Sequence record: OR228459.1
DNA length: 64,000 nt
Strand: one strand, 5' to 3'
The notes under the pieces were generated by a model. The model searched no databases and was not told the origin of the DNA. It worked only from the letters and a program-made list of their open reading frames with translations. A program made the position numbers and the translations under genes. This document shows positions 54,235 to 64,000 of this stretch, piece by piece. Position 1 is the stretch's first letter. Each line of letters begins with the position of its first letter.

Positions 54235-54786
54235 ATGAAACAACTTGAAGTACAGGAAGTATTCTCCCTAGATTCATATAGTGTTATCAAAGCATCTTAT
54301 GGGGAATCTAATTATTACATCGCTGGTAAACATGACATTACTGACTACGTTAATGCTGTAGCACGTGGTTCACAAGAGCGTAATGTCAATAAGAATGTAC
54401 TTGAAGAAGGTTTACGTTTATTCTTCAGGCATAATCCCGAAAAAGATGTACTTAATGTACCCACATTCGACCTAGTACTGTATGATGACCCAAACACTTC
54501 TGCTGAATATGTTATGGAAATGTGTATGGATCTATTTCATTACAATGAGGAACAGGCAGAAGCAGTTGTTAAAGCTCTAAACGGTAAAGAACATTGCTAT
54601 GCAGTTGGCTCTTTCACTGAAGAAATGTGTATTACTTATGCATCAATGTTCATGAATGGAAATCAGCAGCTAAATCAAAATCTTGGGGTTGACTATATCC
54701 CCAATCCAATTAAGCCTCAAAGCTATGAAGCAGCGATGGCAACGTTAGAAAACTTAATCCGTCGCGATTACCCTAACGATATCTAA
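54235..54786 (+). CDS. ClpS-like adaptor with N-terminal extension
   Basis: FDLVLYDDPNTSAEYVMEMCMDLFHYNEEQA...AVGSF matches the ClpS core. Confidence 0.7.
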   Translation: MKQLEVQEVFSLDSYSVIKASYGESNYYIAGKHDITDYVNAVARGSQERNVNKNVLEEGLRLFFRHNPEKDVLNVPTFDLVLYDDPNTSAEYVMEMCMDLFHYNEEQAEAVVKALNGKEHCYAVGSFTEEMCITYASMFMNGNQQLNQNLGVDYIPNPIKPQSYEAAMATLENLIRRDYPNDI

Positions 54787-54829
54787 TCAAATAACTCCAA
54801 GGTTTACCGGGATAAATACTCGATACTAA

Positions 54830-56948
<2,119 letters not shown>

Positions 56949-59585
56949 ATGCCTAGTAAATCAAAAGCACAAGCAAGATTCTTCGCGGCAGCAGCACACA
57001 ACCCTGACTTTGCTAAAAAAGCAGGGATTTCATCTAGTGCAGCCAAAGAATGGAATCAGGCAGATAAAAAAGCAGGAACTCTCAAGAAAGGTTCCAAAAA
57101 ACCAGAACGTGTTAAAGAAGAAATCCTCGACGAAGAAATTCTAGATGAAGCGAGTGGTGTTGGTAATTTTCCAGTACCACCATCTTCAATGAAGTTAATT
57201 AGAAAATATGCTTCATCTATTCTTTTAACATATGCATATAAATCCTATCAGAAATATGCTAACAGTACTGACGATGATGAATTGGATAAGCTAGCAGCTA
57301 AGAAGATTTTACCATTCTTACAACGTTTCCAGAAGAAATTCGATGCTTCAGTACTAAATGATGCAAGTATGAAGCGTTATGTTAACCAAAGTATTAGTGT
57401 ACCATTAGATCACGAAGCTGTGTTTAATGAGTTGCCTAAATCTTTGCAAACAGAAAAAGTTCATGCTATTATTAATAAAATGCGTCTATTCATTACATTC
57501 GATGCACGATATGGCAGTAGGGCTGGTGGTCATGCTAGACAGATCAATGCAAACACAACAGAAATTGTATTGGCACTACATCCAAGTTATTATGAATTTA
57601 GCGTTGCTGGTGGTACTGATAGTCTAGAAAATACTATGCACCAATTACAATATTTCATGAGCGGAATTGACCATGAAGTACAACATGCTTTTCAACAGAT
57701 TGTAACTGCTCAAGTAAGTTCTGAAAATGATAAGAATAGAGAACAGAAACAAGGTTATGGTAGTATGGACGATGCATATTTTGCAAGTGGTGTTGAATTT
57801 GGCCCACAAACACAAGATATGATTAACATTGCCAATCACTGGCTTGAAATTCAAAATGATGAAGGGAAACTATCCGGTAAGCCAAATGTGGATATTTCAA
57901 ACGCGATTAAGTACGTTATGAATCGCATGAAAACAACACAGGGTCGTATCTATAAAGCATTAATGAATTATAAAGAAGATGGTAGAGCCAAAAAACACTT
58001 AGCATTAATTTATAAAGGTATTGCTAAAGAGTACGAAAATATTTTAAATCAAGAAGAACACGGTGATTTAGATTTAGAACCAAAAGAAGTTGATGGTGGT
58101 GATGCAGAAAATCGCGTATACCATTCAAATACAAATGGCCCAGATGATGAAGCTGATCCAAATAATCCGATGGTTAAGATTTATCGCAAGTTAGAACGCT
58201 ACGGCATGTTGCCATATAGTATAGAAGAGAAACGTGAACATGGTAAAAGAGTTGATATAACTCAAAACCCATATAACGACCCATCTAATATGGTTTATGC
58301 AACAACTGATGGCGGTATTGTGCGTTTCTGGCATCGCAATAACGTAATTGAAATTCAAGCGTGGTCTGATGGTAAAAACCCTTCAGATGGAAATATGGTT
58401 TCAGTTAATATTCCTGAAGATAAAGTATCTATTGTCATTGATAATTCAAATATGTTTGATAATTTTAAATCCATTGAGAACTTCACAAAAACTGCGGAAC
58501 AAGATATGAATGCAGTTACTATGTCTATCGATGAAATAGCAGATCAATTCCAATCATGGTACGATAATGCGGCTTTCTGGTATGATGATACTGAAGGTAA
58601 AGGTTTAAACTTTGAATTAGATGAAGGAACAGTGTTCTTTAATTTAAAAGGAACACGTTATTCAATGTATATTCAAGAAGCATTAAAAGATGCAGCAGTA
58701 CTTTACAATACTACAACAGAAGAAGAAATTGGATACATTAAGTACTCAGATCTTGAAGAGGTAATGACTTCTATTTTCTCTTTATATTTCCAAGGAACAG
58801 AACGTCAATTCAACAGGCTAATTAAAAATCTAGGAACAAGCTCAGGATATATTGATATGAAATCTTTAGATGAAACATGGAAATATGTTGTTGATAGTTC
58901 CAAGAAGCCAGTAGAAGAATCGTCTATGCGTGGTTTCATGGATTTAGTACAAGATGCGGAAATTGCAGATAGTATTGATCAAGCTGATAAAATGACACTT
59001 TCAAATCTAGAGCGTCGTAAAGCTAAAAAAAGTAATGATAATATCAATCAATTAGGAGAAGAAGAACAATTAGATGAAATGCCACAGCGTTTTGATTCAT
59101 TCCAAGATCAAAATCCTGATGAATTTGTTGATAAAACCGCTGAACTAACTGGTAAGAGTAATTTAGTTCCTTTTTCCGAGCATCCAAACTTTACCGTAAT
59201 GCGTAATAAGAACTATACTGGTTTTATTGCATTTGATAAAGAAGGTAAGCAAATTGCTGTAGTTAGTGGTTATCTATCACAAGATGCTGTACTAGGTGTT
59301 AAGAATGTATTTGAAGTAGCTGCGACCGCATCTAAGACTTCAGTTAAAGGTGTTATGTATCAAATCTTCATGGATATGATTAACGCTGGTATTTCAGTAC
59401 TAAGCGACACTTTACATTCTGATAGTGCTATTAAATTCTGGACTCGCTTAATCAGTTCACATAATGTATATGTTGTGGGTGATGGTGAAGTTCTAGCAAA
59501 AGCAACACCAGAAAAAGTACACAAGTACTGGAGTGATGATGAGAACAGCCCAAGTGCTGAACTTCAACTTCTCTTAACGAAGTGA
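56949..59585 (+). CDS. Large multidomain protein: MPSKSKAQ leader, HExxH domain, C-terminal GNAT-like domain
   Basis: HEVQH at 57672-57686 followed by YFASGVE; C-terminal KGVMYQIF...SDTLHSDSAIKFW; several (I/L)xE sites. Confidence 0.6.
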   Translation: MPSKSKAQARFFAAAAHNPDFAKKAGISSSAAKEWNQADKKAGTLKKGSKKPERVKEEILDEEILDEASGVGNFPVPPSSMKLIRKYASSILLTYAYKSYQKYANSTDDDELDKLAAKKILPFLQRFQKKFDASVLNDASMKRYVNQSISVPLDHEAVFNELPKSLQTEKVHAIINKMRLFITFDARYGSRAGGHARQINANTTEIVLALHPSYYEFSVAGGTDSLENTMHQLQYFMSGIDHEVQHAFQQIVTAQVSSENDKNREQKQGYGSMDDAYFASGVEFGPQTQDMINIANHWLEIQNDEGKLSGKPNVDISNAIKYVMNRMKTTQGRIYKALMNYKEDGRAKKHLALIYKGIAKEYENILNQEEHGDLDLEPKEVDGGDAENRVYHSNTNGPDDEADPNNPMVKIYRKLERYGMLPYSIEEKREHGKRVDITQNPYNDPSNMVYATTDGGIVRFWHRNNVIEIQAWSDGKNPSDGNMVSVNIPEDKVSIVIDNSNMFDNFKSIENFTKTAEQDMNAVTMSIDEIADQFQSWYDNAAFWYDDTEGKGLNFELDEGTVFFNLKGTRYSMYIQEALKDAAVLYNTTTEEEIGYIKYSDLEEVMTSIFSLYFQGTERQFNRLIKNLGTSSGYIDMKSLDETWKYVVDSSKKPVEESSMRGFMDLVQDAEIADSIDQADKMTLSNLERRKAKKSNDNINQLGEEEQLDEMPQRFDSFQDQNPDEFVDKTAELTGKSNLVPFSEHPNFTVMRNKNYTGFIAFDKEGKQIAVVSGYLSQDAVLGVKNVFEVAATASKTSVKGVMYQIFMDMINAGISVLSDTLHSDSAIKFWTRLISSHNVYVVGDGEVLAKATPEKVHKYWSDDENSPSAELQLLLTK

Positions 59586-59605
59586 AAATCTGAAAGATAA
59601 ATAAA

Positions 59606-59640
59606 ATCGGAAGCATCCTGTGATGTTTCCGATATTTTTT
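59606..59640 (+). terminator. Intrinsic terminator
   Basis: ATCGGAAGCATC-CTGT-GATGTTTCCGAT followed by ATTTTTT. Confidence 0.65.
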
Positions 59641-59670
59641 TGAGACAAAGAAGCAAAAATGTGATATAAT
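59640..59670 (+). promoter_or_regulatory. Phage-specific promoter (copy 11, GAGAC variant)
   Basis: TTGAGACAAAGAAGCAAAAATGTGATATAAT. Confidence 0.7.
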
Positions 59671-59707
59671 ATTAGAGCTAAGAAACAAAGAGACAAGGAC
59701 AGCAAAA

Positions 59708-61681
59708 ATGGCAAAAGAAAAGAAATCCTCATCCGTGCTTTCTGAACATGACGTTCAGCGACTTAACGATTATCAACATGCTCGCATTCGTACTGAAATG
59801 TACTTAGGTTCACGTTCTGTTCACGAACACCAAGTGGTGCTTTTCAGCGAAGAAGGCTATAACGTCCAGAACCTAGAATGGGTTCCAGCACTTGTTACAG
59901 CATTTCGTGAGATTATTGATAACTCTTTAGATGAGTTCAAAAAGGCTGGTACAAAAGATCCAGTACTTAAAATTCAATACAATGAAGAAGACCTATCATT
60001 TGAAATCAGTGATAATGGTCGTGGGATTCCAATTGACTATGTACCAGAGTTTGATGTACATCTATGTACAATGGTACTAACCGAGACTAAAACAGGTCGT
60101 AACTTCGATGACTCAAAACGCGAAGGTACTATCGGTCAAAACGGTCTAGGGGGTTCAATTACGATGTGTGTGAGTTCTAAAGCAGAAATCGAAATCCATC
60201 GTAAAGGTCGCCCATACAAAACTGTTTCATCCAATGACGGTTATGATGGCGTATATAAGTTCACCCAGAAGTTCAAAGAAGGTACTCTACTATTCCCTGA
60301 ACTAGATATTCAAGAACCTACTATTCGCAAAGTACAAGCAGATAAAACAGGTACTTCTATTAGCTTTACGCTAAGTCCTGAAGTATTCAAGAATCGTAAA
60401 CTTCCTATGGAACTTGTTTACAGTATTCTAAAAGAAATTGCTTCTGCTAACCCATCATATAAAATCATTCTTAATGGTAAGAAGATTGCCACTAAGACTA
60501 GCCCAGAGAAAACACTCTTTGGTGTAAACAAAATGATGAATCTACATGTCGTAGATGAAAGCATTGGCTTTGACAGTACTTTCTACATTGTTCCAAATGC
60601 TGTTACTGGTATGAATACAAACTTCCATATGCAAGGTATTGTAAATAATGCTCCAGCATTTGATGGTGGTACTCACCTCGAAACGTTCAAGAAACATTTT
60701 GCACTAGGTGTAAGTACTGCACTAGAAAAAGAATCTAAAAAGCGTAAGATGAATCCTAACCGGGCAGATATCGAAGAAGGTTTGATGATTTATAATGTGA
60801 CAACAATGAATGCTCCTTCATTCAACTCACAAATTAAATCCAAACTAACGAACGAAAACGTAGTACGTCCAGTACAGAAAGCGATGACACCAGAGTTCTT
60901 TGAAGAACTAGTTAAGAAGAATCGTGATTGGGTGGAAGAGATTTTCGAACGTACCGCTGCTCGTACAAACAAAAAAGACGCAGAAGAAGATCGTCGTTTA
61001 GCCAAGAAACTACTAAAGGCTAAAGTTGCAAAACTTCTCGATGCTACTGGTACTGATCGCAGTTCCTGTATCCTTCTAATTGCAGAAGGTGATTCCGCAG
61101 TAAGTAACATGTCTGCTGCTCGTGATTCAAAAGTACATGGCATTCTACCGTTACGTGGTAAAATTAAAAACGTAAACGGTACTGAGAAAACTAAAGACCT
61201 AATGGACAGTGATGCACTAAAAGATATTATGGCTTCACTAAACCTTGTACCCGGACAGAAAGCAATACGTTCAGAATTGAACTACGGTAAACTTTATATC
61301 TGTGCCGACGAAGATGAGGATGGTAAAAACATTGGTGCATTAGTTTGTAACTTCCTATTTAAATTCTGGCCTGAACTATTCGAAGATCCAGAAAATCCAT
61401 TTGTTTATATCTTTAAAACTCCATTTATTATTTTGGAGAAAGGTAAAGAAAGTCGTTATTACTATGGTCACAACGTAGATGAATACGTACCAGAAGAATG
61501 GAAAGGATGGAAAGCAACACGTGCTAAAGGTTTGGGTACTCTAGAAAAGAGTAACTTCCGTGATGCTTTAACTAACGGCGTAGCAATCGCGATTATTGAC
61601 GATGGCAATCTAGGTACAACCCTAGACCTAATCTTTAACAAAGAACGTGCTGATGACCGTAAAGAATGGATGAAAGACTAA
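59708..61681 (+). CDS. gp39: Type II topoisomerase large (ATPase+TOPRIM) subunit
   Basis: EIIDNSLDE, DNGRGIP, GQNGLG, AEGDSA, PLRGK, ADEDEDG, KGLG. Confidence 0.95.
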   Translation: MAKEKKSSSVLSEHDVQRLNDYQHARIRTEMYLGSRSVHEHQVVLFSEEGYNVQNLEWVPALVTAFREIIDNSLDEFKKAGTKDPVLKIQYNEEDLSFEISDNGRGIPIDYVPEFDVHLCTMVLTETKTGRNFDDSKREGTIGQNGLGGSITMCVSSKAEIEIHRKGRPYKTVSSNDGYDGVYKFTQKFKEGTLLFPELDIQEPTIRKVQADKTGTSISFTLSPEVFKNRKLPMELVYSILKEIASANPSYKIILNGKKIATKTSPEKTLFGVNKMMNLHVVDESIGFDSTFYIVPNAVTGMNTNFHMQGIVNNAPAFDGGTHLETFKKHFALGVSTALEKESKKRKMNPNRADIEEGLMIYNVTTMNAPSFNSQIKSKLTNENVVRPVQKAMTPEFFEELVKKNRDWVEEIFERTAARTNKKDAEEDRRLAKKLLKAKVAKLLDATGTDRSSCILLIAEGDSAVSNMSAARDSKVHGILPLRGKIKNVNGTEKTKDLMDSDALKDIMASLNLVPGQKAIRSELNYGKLYICADEDEDGKNIGALVCNFLFKFWPELFEDPENPFVYIFKTPFIILEKGKESRYYYGHNVDEYVPEEWKGWKATRAKGLGTLEKSNFRDALTNGVAIAIIDDGNLGTTLDLIFNKERADDRKEWMKD

Positions 61682-61733
61682 GATAAGAAAAGGGGTACTT
61701 GGATGTACCCCGAAATAACAAAGAGGCAAAGGA

Positions 61734-63152
61734 ATGGCTAAATCTACAAAGAAACAATCGTCTAATGCAATTGAAAATGCAACACTAACACTACTAAAAT
61801 ATAATAGTTCTGACTACATCAACCAATCGTCATTGGAATATGCTGTCAGTACTCTTGATCGGGGTATTCCCGGAATTGATGGCTTGAAAAGCTCTCAACG
61901 TAAAGCGATTTTTACGCTCAGTAAAATCTCAGGTGAGATTAAAACCGTATCAGCAGCAGGTCGCATGATTAGTGACGGTATCTACCTTCACGGTGATGCA
62001 TCAGCATCCGGTACGCTACAAAACCTCGCAAGTCCCGTAGCAAACAACTATCCACTAATCGGCAAACGTGGTGGTTTCGGTACACAAGTCAATACCACTC
62101 CAGCTAGTGCTCGTTACACTTACGTTAAACGTACCGCAGTAACTGAAGCGTTGGTTTTACGTGATATGGATATTGTACCAATGCAGGAAAACTACGATGG
62201 TACAACAATGGAACCAACTCACTTCCTACCAATTATACCATTATCTTTATTCGGAAACGATAGTATGTCGGTTGGTTATAAGAGTTTGATTCTACCTTAC
62301 AAGATTGAAGAAATTATTGATAACTGCATTCGTGTTATCAATAAGAAAGAACTAAAAGAAATGACTCCATGCTTTACCTACCTAGGTGCAAGCGACGTAG
62401 TTGGAAAACTCGATGAGAATAAGTATGAGTTTTATGGACGTGCAGAAGTAATTGATGCAAGTACTGTAAAAATTCTAGGTCTACCACCTCGTGTAAAAAT
62501 CGAAGCATTCATTGAAAAACTCATCGCAATGCAAGACAGTGGTGAGATTCGTGACTACGATAATGACAGTACTGATACTATCGACATTACAATTAAACTA
62601 CCACGTGGTACATGTGCCAAGTGGACGGAAAAGGATGTTATAAAGTACTTTGGACTTTCTAGTAAGCTAACACAATCTCTAGTTGTGTTAGGAGAAAACG
62701 GTTTAGTTAAAGTGTATAGTAGTACATCTGACTTAATTCGTGATTTCGTAAACTTCCGTTTCAAATATTACGTGAAGCGTTATGAGAATCTATTAGCGAA
62801 AGCAGAAGCAGAAGTACGTTATAAAGCACTAGTAGCTAAATGTTTTGAGAACGAAATGGTTACGAAGATTAAAGATTTTCAAAACCGCCAAGAACTAGTT
62901 GAGTTTGTTACATCATTAAATGATGACATTGGTGCAACCGATGAGAATATTCAAAACATCGTAAACTACGCATCATATCGTTGGACACAAGAGAACTATG
63001 ATAAGACACTAGAAGAAATTCAAGCAGCTTTAGCCTTGATGAGTCAATATCAAGAACTACTTGATGACAAAGAACAAATTTGGCAAATTTATGCATCCGA
63101 ACTTCGTGAACTACGTAAGATGGATTGCACACCAAAAGCTGAAAAAGACTAA
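61734..63152 (+). CDS. gp52: Type II topoisomerase breakage-reunion subunit
   Basis: IDGLKSSQRK, YLHGD, ASARY (catalytic Tyr), EP.HFLPIIP. Confidence 0.95.
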   Translation: MAKSTKKQSSNAIENATLTLLKYNSSDYINQSSLEYAVSTLDRGIPGIDGLKSSQRKAIFTLSKISGEIKTVSAAGRMISDGIYLHGDASASGTLQNLASPVANNYPLIGKRGGFGTQVNTTPASARYTYVKRTAVTEALVLRDMDIVPMQENYDGTTMEPTHFLPIIPLSLFGNDSMSVGYKSLILPYKIEEIIDNCIRVINKKELKEMTPCFTYLGASDVVGKLDENKYEFYGRAEVIDASTVKILGLPPRVKIEAFIEKLIAMQDSGEIRDYDNDSTDTIDITIKLPRGTCAKWTEKDVIKYFGLSSKLTQSLVVLGENGLVKVYSSTSDLIRDFVNFRFKYYVKRYENLLAKAEAEVRYKALVAKCFENEMVTKIKDFQNRQELVEFVTSLNDDIGATDENIQNIVNYASYRWTQENYDKTLEEIQAALALMSQYQELLDDKEQIWQIYASELRELRKMDCTPKAEKD

Positions 63153-63157
63153 TTATT

Positions 63158-63181
63158 AAAGGATGCCTAGTGCATCCTTTA
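63158..63181 (+). terminator. Intrinsic terminator
   Basis: AAAGGATGC-CTAGT-GCATCCTTT. Confidence 0.7.
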
Positions 63182-63225
63182 CTATTATAAATACGTTAGC
63201 TTTTAAATATTTTGGAGAATTAAAT

Positions 63226-64000
63226 ATGGCAAATTTTCAGCCTCGCTGGGACTTGAAAGCTGATACAACTGTGATTTCGGAAGGTGAGCAAACTTATGTT
63301 CGCATTCAATTAAGAAAAAATGATGACGGTACTAGCCTTGAGTATAAATTAAAAGATGAACAGTACTTAGAATTAACCTATACTATTTCTGGAAGCGGAG
63401 AAACATTAGACGAACGTGATTTTGAACTTTATGTTGGTGAAGATATAAGTAAGCTAGTTAATATTAAAGATGGTACAACGGGCATTAGAACAATCTTTGG
63501 TCAGCATGTAGTTAAATTGTCTAAAAAACAATTCAATCTTGCTAGTAATACTCAAATAATTGATGTATACTATATGAAGTTAGTTTGTGTTGATGACGGT
63601 ATTTGGGATGGCCCTGAAAAACTTCAATTCACATTAAACACAATGGATGAGGTAACATTAACAGATGACCAAATTTCAAACCAAGAATCAGCAGGTACTA
63701 TTGGTAATAATCGAGTTGAAATAAATTATAATGACAGTAATGAAATATGGGTTACACCAAGTGTGATTGCACGTGGAGAAAAGTACACGATTGGTGCGTT
63801 AGGATATGGTTCAGATAGTCGTTTATTCGTTGATTCATTTGGACGTACTCGTATTTTTGATGATGAAATTGATATCAATGAATATCCCAATGATAGCTCG
63901 AATCGAGTATTTTATCCTACATATAAAATTGAAAGAATTTCAATGAATAGTATACCTACTGAACATATAACAGGTAGCGGTACTATTTTAGTTCCACAAA
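63226..64000 (+). CDS. Late gene, partial; beta-rich with Calx-beta/Ig-like motif (possible tail or baseplate protein)
   Basis: TATAAATA at 63186-63193, GGAG RBS, ATG at 63226; frame open to window end; VDDGIWDGPEKLQFTL resembles Calx-beta DD..EG.E.F...L. Confidence 0.6.
   Translation, partial: MANFQPRWDLKADTTVISEGEQTYVRIQLRKNDDGTSLEYKLKDEQYLELTYTISGSGETLDERDFELYVGEDISKLVNIKDGTTGIRTIFGQHVVKLSKKQFNLASNTQIIDVYYMKLVCVDDGIWDGPEKLQFTLNTMDEVTLTDDQISNQESAGTIGNNRVEINYNDSNEIWVTPSVIARGEKYTIGALGYGSDSRLFVDSFGRTRIFDDEIDINEYPNDSSNRVFYPTYKIERISMNSIPTEHITGSGTILVPQ

Noticed and set aside
61692-61711. GGGGTAC/GTACCCC hairpin between the topoisomerase genes as a terminator
   Set aside because: No U tract on the coding strand; at most a stability or processing stem

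Overview
One continuous, AT-rich, gene-dense segment of a large lytic T4-related myovirus genome. The gene set resembles the Rak2/GAP32/121Q-like enterobacterial jumbo phages (inferred from gene content, not from a database search). It runs from the portal C-terminus through the prohead protease, scaffold and major capsid genes to a tail fibre and its chaperone. It then covers the replication/recombination core (family B polymerase, clamp-like protein, RNase H/FEN, gp32, UvsX/Y/W, primase, helicase, Dda, topoisomerase II), terminase, nrdAB, DHFR, RNase HI, host-like factors (GroES, IF3, YggL-like, ClpS-like) and two clusters of probable head-packaged proteins. Mobile elements are two endonuclease-containing inteins (one in a metallophosphoesterase active-site motif, one class-3 type in the terminase P-loop) and two free-standing homing-endonuclease-like genes. 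No tRNA, rRNA or CRISPR array was seen. Strongest non-obvious signals: (1) an 11-copy promoter, TTG(G/A)GA(C/T)-N-TGTG(A/C)TATAAT, mostly in front of replication operons; (2) codon-level avoidance of CCWGG and GGWCC; (3) a 210-aa minimal DnaE-type polymerase domain beside the primase region; (4) paired HExxH proteins, one with a GNAT-like tail, that look head-packaged; (5) an unannotated 54-aa ORF resembling the mature capsid N-terminus; (6) a patch of rare synonymous codons in the capsid gene next to a homing endonuclease; (7) tandem T-holin-like genes. All family calls come from motif recognition by eye.
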